From the NCBI GenBank assembly GCA_012295275.1, contig CM022668.1, forward strand, positions 9,548,001-9,612,000: 64,000 nt of DNA. Reading direction: 5' to 3'. Numbering within the stretch: the stretch's first letter is position 1; every line of letters begins with the position of its first letter. The DNA comes from Chrysomallon squamiferum (taxonomy: Eukaryota; Animalia; Mollusca). The notes beneath the pieces were generated by a model that made no database searches, was not told the DNA's origin, and was given only the letters and a program-made list of their open reading frames with translations. The translations under genes and the position numbers were made by a program. Of this stretch, positions 45,409-59,645 are shown one piece after another.

Positions 45409-46250
45409 TAATAATAATAACAACAATCCGCATCATAACCTGAATCATTAGAAAAAAACTATTACTAAACGTTTTTTCCTACCGAATTGTCACTACTACT
45501 TGTACTACTACGATTCTGCTACTGTTACTATTACTACTGCTATTGCTACAGCTACTACTGTTTCTGGAACTACTATCATCACCACAACTACCATTTTCCC
45601 CCATTATTATCATTATTATTAGTAGTAGTACTAGTAGTAGTAGTAGTAGTTGTAGTAGTAGCTGTAGTGGTAGTAGTAGAAGTAGTAGCAGAGCGGCAGT
45701 AGTAGTATACAGATCGACAAATATAAAAGTATACATGCAGAGAAACAGACAGACATAACGACATACACACAAACATACGGACATAAAGACATACACACAA
45801 ACATACTGACATAACGACATACACACAAACATACAGACATAACGACATACACACAAACATACAGACATAACGACATACACACAAACATACAGACATAACG
45901 ACATACACACAAACATACGGACATACCGTATTCTTCCAGTGTTTTATTTCGGTACTGACAAAGTCCTTTTGCTGTACAAATTTGGGATTTTTCTCTCGGG
46001 GCAGGAAGCTGCACGTTTTCTCCACGTTGTGGTAGTTGACCGCCCAGCATCTGCTACGCAGCAGACACTGTTTGACGCACGTGAGCAATCCACTGGTCCT
46101 CACAGTCTTGAAAGGCTCGTGCGCCAGTTGCTGTCCGTGTTTGATGCCAGGCAGTTGAGATGGGTCGACGCACGTGTTAATGTTCAGTGTACCGCTGTGA
46201 CGTAACAGCAGGACAAAACATGCAAACGTAGACACGAAGAGGAAGTACAT
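43199..46250 (-). CDS. Secreted double PAN/apple-domain protein, 4 exons, 255 aa: join(46250-45927, 45242-45155, 44165-44097, 43485-43199)
   Basis: Manual splicing gives a continuous 768-nt ORF with canonical GT-AG introns and matching phases (0,1,1). Product: hydrophobic N-terminus MYFLFVSTFACFVLLLRHSGT; PAN-like CVKQCLLRSRCWAVNYHNVEKTC; Cys module CKDHECSKDSYCDDKSKTAPLC; module CNPNMHFYPEKNVCVKSC; second PAN-like CRDAC...PCVLCQYNSATHSC...WTLCVRQC; stop TAA. Domains were called by recognising the Cys pattern, not by an HMM run. Confidence 0.88.
44097..44165 (-). CDS. PAN protein exon 3 (ERPKTDPCNPNMHFYPEKNVCVK)
   Basis: Strong acceptor TTTTTTTTTTGTAG|AG, 69 nt, symmetric phase 1-1, donor AAA|GTTAGT. 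Confidence 0.85.
44356..44775. mobile_element. Degenerate Tc1/mariner(pogo)-type MITE in PAN gene intron 2
   Basis: Left end TA|CAGTTGACCCTCGATTTCTGGA; right end reverse complement CTGTCAAATCCTCGATTTCACGGA; shared core CCTCGATTTC. TA-CAGT..CCTCG ends are typical of this superfamily. The right TA is not preserved. Confidence 0.5.
45155..45242 (-). CDS. PAN protein exon 2 (SLAGLCKDHECSKDSYCDDKSKTAPLCIS, EGF-like 4-Cys module)
   Basis: Acceptor ...TTAATAG|TCT, 88 nt, donor AGTG|GTATGT (phase 1). A unique-sequence island between microsatellites; Cys spacing C-x4-C-x5-C-x9-C. Confidence 0.85.
45746..45926. repeat. 28-bp minisatellite, about 6 copies, at the start of PAN gene intron 1
   Basis: ACAGACATAACGACATACACACAAACAT in tandem, abutting the exon 1 donor. 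Confidence 0.92.
45927..46250 (-). CDS. PAN protein exon 1 (signal peptide + PAN/apple domain 1, 108 codons)
   Basis: ATG at 46250 in context GACAACATG; C-x3-C-x5-C-x11-C core; ends ...HWKNT at ACG|GTATGT (phase 0), exactly where repeat sequence begins. Confidence 0.9.
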
Positions 46251-46907
46251 GTTGTCTTCCAGTTGCTTTTTCTTCTTCTTCTCTTGACTTTTTTCTTTTT
46301 TCTTTTCTGTTTTTTTTTTTCTTTCTTTCTTTTCTTTACTTCTTCTTTCGACTACTTCTTTGGTTAACCTTCTTGCTTTTGTTTCTTCCTTTTTCTTCTT
46401 TTTAACTGGTTCAGCTTTCCTTTCGTCTTCCTTTCTAACTTCTTCTACTGCTTGTTCTTTTTCGCTTTTTCCTTTTCCCTACCGTTCGAGTTCTTCTTTG
46501 TTTTCTTATTATTTTATCTTTTCAGTACGTACAAACTACGTAAATCTTTAAATGTTACAAATATGAAATATCAAGTGAGAAATCCTACTTTAGATGTAAC
46601 AACAGGATGAATGAACACAAATAGCTACAACTCAGTTCTTTACATATAATAATGCTGTATTCTAAAAGTTTCGTAGAAATGTTTCTTTTGTTCAAAGGAT
46701 GGGGTTTTTTTGTTCACAAGATGGTTTCTTGTTGTCGCTGGCATTTTGAATTCAGGAACAATACATTTATTATTAAACTCTGCCTTGAGAAAAAAGATTT
46801 AATGCTGAAAGTGGATACTGAAACATTTGCAGGAATGACATTAAAAAAAATGCAGTTGAATCAATTATTAAGAACTACCTTAAAGCAGTTGAAAAGCTGC
46901 ATTGAAT

Positions 46908-47024
<117 letters not shown>

Positions 47025-47069
47025 TTTTCTATATAAGAAAATATTTTATCCTTTATTTTGTATTCGTCG

Positions 47070-47132
<63 letters not shown>

Positions 47133-47390
47133 TTAGTATTATGTCTTTTAAAACACAGGGTGAATGTTATTTATTACTTTATTTGTTTCTAGTGTTGTTC
47201 CTCTTTTCTTCTGATTTCTTTTTTTCTTGTTCTTTTTCTTCTTTTATTATTGATATATTTTGTTGCTTTTGTTGTTATTTTTATTATTTTTATTATTATT
47301 TGTAGTGTAGTAGTAGTAGTAGTAGTAGTAGCAATAGTAGTAGTTGTAGTAGTAGTAGCAATAAAGTGTTATCGTTTTTAAAGTAAATAA

Positions 47391-47472
47391 CTAATATACT
47401 TTTACTTTTTTCTTTTTCAGGTAAGTTGATTTTCATCTATATACAAAATTCACTTACAAGAAGGTAAGTGAA
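47391..47472 (+). other. Recursive splice site (ratchet point) with 43-nt RS-exon
   Basis: Branch-like CTAAT at 47391-47395; tract TTTTACTTTTTTCTTTTT; CAG|GTAAGT at 47420/47421; second consensus donor AAG|GTAAGT at 47463/47464; the RS-exon opens GTA AGT TGA (stop in phase 0). Confidence 0.7.
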
Positions 47473-47628
47473 CGTTTTCTATGTTGTTTATATTTGTGTG
47501 TATTTAATGTGCATTTACGAATGTGCGATCTATATTTGTGTATGTTTGTATGTGCATCCCTTAATATATTATGTATACGATTATTTATGTGTGTTTGCAT
47601 ATACATCTATACGTGTATGTGTGTGTGA

Positions 47629-47664
<36 letters not shown>

Positions 47665-48120
47665 GTGATTTTACAAAATTATTATATCCTTCGGGTGTAA
47701 ATTTGCATCCCGTGTACCAATGTGTTTAAATGTGTGAGTGGCTACGTTTTTAAAAAAATAAAAAAAAAAAAAATTAAAAACAAAAAAACACTTATGAGAG
47801 TATGTGTCTGCAGTTATTTCAGTTTACTTCAGAACTTAACACACTACTTTGTCAAAACTGATTACACGTCCCGAATGACCTCACTTCCTTTCACAATGCA
47901 TTATGGTACATGTCATAACGGAACGGCAAACGCAAAGTGGCAGGGTTCCCATGACAGCCCCGCTGCTTCGGCGAACTCTCTGAAGACTTTTGGTAAAAAC
48001 GCAAAATGTTTGTGTAAAATGATTAACCTCGCTTCTTGACAGCTCCGTGGTTTCAACTAACTTTGTTACTTAGTGCCCCACATAGAACCAGCGTCAAAAA
48101 CACCGAGCTCTCCGTTGTGT

Positions 48121-49573
48121 GTAATACAGTGTGGTATACCGAGTTTATATAATACAGTGTTGTATACTGAGTTTATACAGTACAGTGTTGTATACTGAGT
48201 TTATACAGTACAGTGTTGTATACTGAGTTTATATAATACAGCGTTGTATACTGAGTTTATAAAATACAGTGTTGTATACTGAGTTTATATAGTACAGTGT
48301 TGTATACTGAGTTTATATAATACAGTGTTGTATACTGAGTTTATGTAATACAGTGGTGTATACTGAGTTTATATAATACAATGTTGTATACTGAGTTTAT
48401 ATAATACAGTGTTGTATACTGAGTTTATATAATACAGTGTTGTATACTGAGTTTATGTAATACAGTGTTGTATAGGTTTATATAATACAGTGTTGTATGC
48501 TGAGTTTATATAATACAGTTATGTATACTGAGTTTATATAATACAGTGTTGTATACTGAGTTTATATAATACAGTGTTGTATACTGAGTTTATAGAATAC
48601 AGCGATGTATGCTGAGTTTATAGAATACAGTGTTGTATACTGAGTTTATATAATACAGTGTTGTATACTGAGTTTATATAGTACAGTGTTGTATACTGAG
48701 TTTATATAATACAGTGTTGTATGCTGAGTTTATACAGTGTTGTATACTGAGTTTATATAATACAGTGTTGTATGCTGAGTTTATATAATACAGTGTTGTA
48801 TGCTGAGTTTATATAGTACAGTGTTGTATACTGAGTTTATATAATACAGCGTTGCATACTGAGTTTATATAATACAGTGTTGTATACTGAGTTTATATAA
48901 TACAGTGTTGTATAAACTTATATAGTACAGTGTTGTATACCGAGTTTATATAATACAGTGTTGTATACTGAGTTTATATAATACAGTGTTGTATGCTGAG
49001 TTTATATAGTACAGTGTTGTATACTGAGTTTATATAGTACAGTGTTGTATACCGAGTTTATATAATACAGTGTTGTATACTGAGTTTATATAATACAGTG
49101 TTGTATACTGAGTTTATATAATACAGTGTTGTATGCTGAGTTTATATAATACAGAATTGTATGTTGAGTTTATATAGTACATTGTTGTATACTGAGTTTA
49201 TATAATACAGCGTTGTATACTGAGTTTATATAATACAGTGTTGTATGCTGAGTTTATATAATACAGTGTTGTATACTGAGTTTATGTAATACAGTGTTGT
49301 ATAGGTTTATATAATACAGTGTTGTATGCTGAGTTTATATAATACAGTGTTGTATACTGAGTTTATATAATACAGTGTTGTATACTGAGTTTATATAATA
49401 CAGTGTTGTATACTGAGTTTATATAATACAGTGTTGTATACTGAGTTTATATAATACAGTGTTGTATGCTGAGTTTATATAATACAGCGTTGCATACTGA
49501 GTTTATACAGTGTTGTATACTGAGTTTATACAGTGTTGTATACTGAGTTTATATAGTACTATGTTGTATACTG
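48121..49573. repeat. Large minisatellite, 28-bp unit, about 52 copies
   Basis: TATACTGAGTTTATATAATACAGTGTTG in tandem with point variants and a few shortened units. Confidence 0.98.
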
Positions 49574-50329
49574 AAAACTTAAATTTTGTTGCGGTTTAGA
49601 TTACCATTCCATATTAGCACATAAAGACATTACCTCTGTCTCTTTCGTCCTCTGTCTCTCTGTCTCTCTATATAACACACCCTCTGTCTCTCTCGGAATC
49701 ACCCTTTCTTTCTCATTCACCGTCCCCCTCTCTCTCTCTCCTCTCCCCCTCTCTCTTTCTTTCTCTCTCTCAATCTTTATCACTCATTGTGTCTCCCCCC
49801 TCTCTCTCTAAGTATTTCTCTGTCTCTGACACTCTGTGTTTCATTATTTCTCCCTTTCTTTCTCTCTTTCATTATCTTATTTTTTTCCGGCGGCCATGCT
49901 GTCTTTCTCCAATTCTGTTGTAATTAATAACGAGGAGTTTCACTATCAGGTGACCTTTCAACTCTGCAGACACAATTCTTGGATGAAATTTGAGAAATTT
50001 AAACGCATTCACACATTAATGTTCTTACTGAGAGAAAAAAAAGAACACGATGTTGTTTTGTTAGAAAATTTAATTCTCCGAGATTATCTTTTTAAATAGC
50101 ATATACAAATATTCAAAGACAGTGAAATCTGAACCCACATAAATAAATAGATAAAAAAAAAAAAACCCAGAAAGGACATTCTTCTTCTTATTATTATTAT
50201 TATTATCATTAATCATCATCATCATTATCATCATCATCATCATCATTACTGTCTCATCGGTATTGTCACCGTCACTGTTATTGTTATTAATGTCGTTGTC
50301 ATCATCATTATAAACACACATATATATTC

Positions 50330-50380
<51 letters not shown>

Positions 50381-51136
50381 AGAATGTATATTTATGTATG
50401 TATGAATGTATGTATGTATGTACACGCACACATATATTACCACATAAATATCACACAACAACAACACGCAGACTTATCTAAATATGCACATCCTTTTTAA
50501 ATTAGCTGTCCGTAATGATACAACTTTCTCAAGCAAATCTCCTATTACAAGCTCAAAACTTTATGTCTTCTTTCTGGCATTCATTCTACCAATCAATAGT
50601 AGTCGTTTTGTAGTTAGTACCGCGCGAGGTCACGACCTGCTTACATGGCGTTCGGAATTAACCACTTAATCGCGCCACTTTCAGTCATCGACGTTTACGA
50701 ACGTACTTCGGCTGTAGCCGTGTGAACTCGGCCATCATCGCAGATGGTGTTTCCCTATCAACAGATCATGCATTATTGAACATCTTATGGTTCCCTGGCG
50801 TGCCGAGCTCTTCTCGGTTAAGCGAAAATAAATCGGATTGGATGAAACGGAAAGAAAGTAAATTGTTCTCCTCGCTATTTCGTTTACCACTGCAATTTTC
50901 GGTTTCCTTCTCTTTGTTTTCTTTTCTTGTCACTCTTTTTATTGGATGAATCAGTTCTTTGTTTTGTTCTTGTGTTAATTTCCTTCTTTCGTTCAGTCAT
51001 TATTTCTTTTTGTTGTTATGTCTTCTTTGCTTCTGGCAGACACTATTTTTTTTCTGTCTTTCTTTCATGATTTTGTAATCATTGTTTTGTTATTGTTACC
51101 TTCTTTCTCTGCGCTCTTTCTCGATGACTTCATTTA

Positions 51137-51234
<98 letters not shown>

Positions 51235-52719
51235 AACGCACAGACTTAAATATACACTTTTCGGGTGACAAAAATAATCGATTATAAAGAGACACTAAAT
51301 GAATTTCATTTATCAAACACGAAAATGAACTGTCCAAAGGGAAAAAGAAAACGGAACATGATTTCATGAGAAAGAATTTCAGACACCAAAAAAAACAAGA
51401 TAATAATAAAAAAAAAAACGAAGAAATATTAGCTCCATCTCAGATTGAAACGTCAATATAAACTGAAAATAAATAAAATTAGATACTGTCCGCTAAGATG
51501 GAACTTAAGTGAAAGTAAACGAATGTACTCCAAACTATAAACTCCAAATTGACTTCGAAAACAACTGAAGATACTTAGGATTAAAAATACGAAACTAAAT
51601 TGAAAACCCATCAACGTATTTTAAATGTTAATTCGAAACTAAGAACAAGACAAACGAATCCACTTGAGGTCTGAATACGAAACTAAATTCAAAGTTGGTA
51701 AACGAACATTAAACGTAAATACGAAACTAACGTGAATATAAATTTAATCATTTACTTCAACTTAATCTTTTAAAAGTAATTATAGTAACATGCATTAATG
51801 CATAAAACAGCCTCATAAGCCTACTGTTAATGGTTGTAAGGGGGGGGGGGTATATCAGAAAAGAAGATTTATTTTTCTTCGTCTGCTGCTGTAAAATGTT
51901 TTGAACACGTAATCACGTAATTAATTTTAATGACTTCGTTACATTGTCTAAGTCCGTATTTAGACAGGTAATCCAGGTTCTTTTAATCTTTATAGTCTGG
52001 TAATCAGGGGTTATTACTTTTGTCGATTATGCACGTACCTGTGCAGGTGAAAAACGCTCAGGTAAACACATCAAAGAAGATGTAAAACAGTAATTTGCTG
52101 CAAAGGTGTGCAGTTTATTTATTAGTTGTTTTTTTTCGAATTTATTTTTTTAATTTTTTTTATTGTTTGTTTATTTGCTCATTTTTGTTCGTCTGTTTCT
52201 TATTTTGTTTATTTATTTGTTAATTAATTCATTTATTCATTTATGTGTTTACACATTTATTTAGTTGCTTAAACTTTTTTTTTTTTTTCTCATATACTTG
52301 TTGATTTATTTATTTGTTTCTTTGTATTTTTCCTTGTTTATTTGTTTGTTTACTTCTTTAGTTTTTATTATTATTATTATTTGGTTATATATTTATTTGT
52401 TATTTTTTTTTTTTTATTTTTTTTTTTTGTTTAATTATTGCTTGATTATTTATTGTTTATTTATTATCTGTTGTATTTATTCATATATATTCAACATCTC
52501 GCCAAAATATTCCACTCTGATTTGGCATTTTGCCAAGTTATGTTGGGAATCTTGTTAGCCTCTTTTTCAGTTATTTATCGTTTTCAGTTTGAATTATTTA
52601 ATTAATCAATTAACTTAAGTGTTGGCAAATTGTATTCTATTAATATAATCTGTGTGAATTCTTTTATTTACTTTTAGTAGTATGTGTGTGTGTGTGTGTG
52701 TGTATTTATATTTATATAT

Positions 52720-52837
<118 letters not shown>

Positions 52838-54041
52838 AGCTTCTTTAATTAAAGAACATGCAAGTTAAAACATTAGATTACTGGTAATGAATCATCAGGA
52901 ACATTTTTTTTGTGACCTATAACATACATTTACGCCTAGCGCACTCATGAAAAAAAAAAAAATCTTGATGAAATGCTTAGAAAATTAGATTGTTTTTCAA
53001 CAAGCTATAATTCGTGTCTTGTCACTAAAGTTTAAGTGAAAGTGCGTTCTGAAATTAGGTCCTAAAGAGAAAGCCAAGCATGTTAAAAATGAAATGTTAA
53101 GAAAACACAGCTACACGCGAGAGCGTGAATGTGTTTTAAGGACCTAAAAAATATATCTGCTTTAGAAAATTTGAGTTTTTAAAGAAATAATGCTGTTTTG
53201 TGTCCTTTGATTATATTACATACAGACTGTGTGTGTGTGTGTGTGTGTGTGTGCCTGTGTATGTGTGTGTGTGTGTTTAAATAAGAAAATTTTGTTGTGC
53301 TGAAAACGTTAAATAATAGGTAATTTATACGATTCTTTTAGAATTTGGTTTCCTTTTGTAAATATATATATATATATATGAGCGTGTCCCAGTTTATGTT
53401 TTAGTGGGTTTCTGTGTGTTTACGTGTATGTGTGTATGAGTCTGAGTGTGTATGTGTGTGTGTGTGTAAGTGCGTGTGAGTGTCTATGTGTGTGTGTGTT
53501 GTGTGTGTGTATTTATGTGTTTGTGCATGTGGATTTATTAATTTTTTTTTTATTTAATTATTAATTTATTTATTTACTTATCTTGAAAAGAAAATAATTT
53601 GTTGTATTATCTTGAAACAGACATTAGCTGATTTTTTAAACTATTTAAATAAAATTACTCTTGAAAATTACACAGATACTGGGAGATCTTGTTACTAACC
53701 TGTTTTCTGATATACAACAGATTTCCCTTTTTTTCCCTTTTTCTTTTTTCCTTTTATTTAATTAATGGTAATAATTAGATGGTATTGGGAGAATCTGTTT
53801 TAACTTACATTAAACAGTATATACTTTACATACCACTGCAAAATGTTCTGCTATCCGTTTTACGTATAACGGTATTTATTTATTTATAATAAATATAATC
53901 ATTGTAGACAATTATAGTAAATGTTTTCTGTTGCTTACAACTCTCAAATGTTTATTTTTATTTTTTATTATTATTTCTTTTTGAAGTATAATTAAAACAA
54001 ACAAACAAACAAACAAACAAACAAACAAACAAACAAACAAA

Positions 54042-54076
<35 letters not shown>

Positions 54077-54293
54077 AAAGAAGAAAAGAAAAGAAAAAAA
54101 AAAAAGTCATCATAATTACACTGCAAGCAAAAGATTATTCCAAATGTTTCCTGATATTTATTACAGTTAAAATACGTTTTATAAAACTCTCCCCCCCCAC
54201 GAAACAAAAACCCCCCCCAAAAAATTCAAAAGATAATTACAATAATTGCGAAACGAAATTGATTGGTGAATATTTTCTGTTACTTATAACAAC

Positions 54294-54332
<39 letters not shown>

Positions 54333-55880
54333 AAAGTGCATGATTATGTATCAACAAATCAAAAAACGGAAGAATTGAATTTTTGACTTTGATTATATGT
54401 TGTCTGTTTCAAACTTGAACCTTTCATCATGCTATGGCAGCCTCTGATTAACTTGAAATTCAACCTGTATTTAAACTCTGCGACAAGCATCACGTATTTG
54501 AATATCGTATAAGACAGGCTGGTATTTCACACCAGTGGATAAAGCCTGTATTTAACGCTAGCGAGTAAAATGTGTGTTGATTGAAAACGGCGAAGAAGAA
54601 GTACGAGAAGTTGGCTTGACGTCAAGTAGAAAATTAACGGTATTCGGAACGTGAATCGTGAACAGTACGGTAATTAGTATTTCAGATTCGAATTTCTCGT
54701 TGAGTTTTTGTTGTGTTTTTATAATTATCTGTTTAAATACTTGTGTATAAATAAATAAATGTGTGTGTGTGTTTTATTTTCGTATTTTTGTTTATATGTA
54801 TGCATATGTATTTGTTTGTTTGTGTCTGTATATAAATATATTTTACGTCCATGTGTGAACTGATCTGTTTGTGCGAATTTGTATGTAACTGTATATTTGC
54901 ATTTCTGTTTCTGTGTGTGAATTTATTACTTTATCTATTTTGTATATAGGTGGTGTGTGTGTGTTCTGTGTATTTTTGTGTGTTTATTTGTGCATGTGTA
55001 TGTGTAGCTATATTCTCTTGTTTTGTCTGTTATCAGCATATTGTTAACTGTATGTGTTATTGGTAATACCCAGTTTATGTTGTTGTTCTGGCGGTTAACT
55101 ATGACTCAGTCTGAATGTTTCATTGACTTCAATCGACTGTGGGTTTTTCCGTTTTAAAATGAATCCCATTACACACAGATATTTCACAGTTGATATTCTG
55201 TGTTGGTTCTGGCATCGTCTTCATTGTTCAGTTGCTACTAAACTGATCTAAAATTGGATTTGCTAACGTCAAATTAAATGATGCTGTCTTTTTCTTATAA
55301 AATAATTTTTATTCCTGCGAGAGGTGTATTATTATTCCAAGGGAAGTAATTGCTACATTGCTAAATTACACCGTTGTTGTTTCCCTTGATAGAAATTTCG
55401 ATTTTTATTAAGTTACAGATATGAAACTAATAATGCCTGTACTCTGATAGAGCGCGCGCGCACACACACGCACACACACACGCACAAACACACACAAACA
55501 CAGATACATACATATATATATATATTCACACAAGTTTTCAAATTATTTTAAATAGATATGGACTGCTATGTATCTGGTTATTCCTTAATCTTACTAGTAT
55601 AAAATAATTACAAAATATTGTATCTAAAAAATGACACTAATTACATGTTCAAATACTGGAATAAAATCGATTAGTTTGGTATATATGATATATGCATATG
55701 TAACTGATAATTTTGTATGTATATATTTATGTGTATGTTTATATATATATATATATATTGTTCATAACATTCAAAATAAACTAACTGAATATTATGGGTT
55801 TCTGAAAATATTTGTTTCCTATTTTAATTCCGTATTTCGAATTATTTAAACTTACCACGCATGTACAGTTTTTGCTTACA

Positions 55881-58144
<2,264 letters not shown>

Positions 58145-58526
58145 TAACCCTGGCTGCTACTGTTACATCGACAACCACTACTACTATTACTACTGCAACT
58201 ACAACAACTGCTATTATTATTACTGCTACTATCACTACTGCTGCTACTGATACTACTGCAACAACAACAACTGCTATTACTATTACTATTACTACTACTG
58301 TTACTATTGCTATGAAAACTATTACTACTATAACTTTTCTGAAGCAATTTAATGCAGATGAAAACTATACTATATTTTGCTTAACTCCTTTCGGACCGTA
58401 TTTATTTATTTATTTTTATTTTATTTATTTACTTATTTATTTAGTTACTTACTTACAGTTTTTCCTGGCTGCGTTCTTTGACAGTTGACGGTGACAAAAA
58501 CCATTTTTACTGTTATTATAGTATAG

Positions 58527-58585
58527 AGGTTAAAGGTCAAGCCATTATGACGTCATAAATGCATTACGTAATGGAACGTCAGTCA
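58527..58585. promoter_or_regulatory. Compact enhancer-like module: DR1 + CRE + PAR-bZIP palindrome
   Basis: AGGTTA-A-AGGTCA (58527-58539), TTATGACGTCATAA (58545-58558), CATTACGTAATG (58562-58573). Confidence 0.45.
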
Positions 58586-59163
58586 AACATCCGAGTTAAA
58601 AAGAAAGTTTAGGTTTTAATACGGATATAATTTTATTCAGTTGAATCTCTTTGAAACTTATTAACAGATGGAATATTTGGCGATATTTCGTTTATGGACT
58701 TTGTAATGTTAATAATTATATGTAAAGATAGTAAGTTATTGTTGTTGTTGTTATGATGATGATTACTGTTTGTTATTGTTATTGTTATTATTAACACTTT
58801 TGTTGTTGTTGTTGTTGCTGCTGCTGCTGTTGTTGTTGTGATTAATCGTTGTTCTTGTTGCTGATGTTATTAGAAGGTTTTGACGTCTGTATCTGCAGTT
58901 CCGAGTTTTTTTTATTATTCAGTGTTTGTGTACGTACTTTATTTTATTCATGCTGTATTAAACTGTTGTTTTATAGTGATGTGATTTATAGATAAAAAAA
59001 ACAACTAAATTATTATTACTATTAATACTGCTACTTCTACCACTGCTACTATTAATAGTTCTACTACTACAACTACTATATTTACACTACAACAATAATT
59101 GCTACTACTACTACTTCTGATACTGCAGCTAAATCTACAATTCTGTGAATGTAAGAGTGTTTG

Positions 59164-59253
<90 letters not shown>

Positions 59254-59475
59254 CAGGAGACTAGTTCAGCCATTACCAAACAATAAATTTTAAAAAATCA
59301 TCTCGATCAAAAATGAATTACGATTTTGGCTAGTTTCCGGTGTGGAAGTGAATCTAAATTGGGTTTCAATTTTCGCGTCGGAAACGGATTTTTATTCTTA
59401 ATGTACTGGGACAGTTCTGTGAGGTCAGAAGACCATTTTAGTCAAGTTCACTAAGTAACCTATTTTTTATATAAA

Positions 59476-59570
<95 letters not shown>

Positions 59571-59603
59571 GAGAGAGATATATATATAGAGAAAGAGTGT
59601 GTT

Positions 59604-59645
<42 letters not shown>

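Noticed and set aside
45588-45926. C-terminal half of the 220-aa ORF-track protein
   Set aside because: Read-through into the intron 1 repeat; the phase-0 donor at 45926 and a compatible exon 2 explain the gene better.
46251-46481. In-frame K/E-rich open stretch upstream of the PAN ATG
   Set aside because: No start codon or acceptor; purine-rich strands lack stops by composition, and the extension would bury the signal peptide. Treated as 5' UTR.
46601-46624. ACAGG-ATG-AAT context resembling exons A-C
   Set aside because: Reads MNEHK then stop, with no donor. It shows the start context alone can occur by chance.
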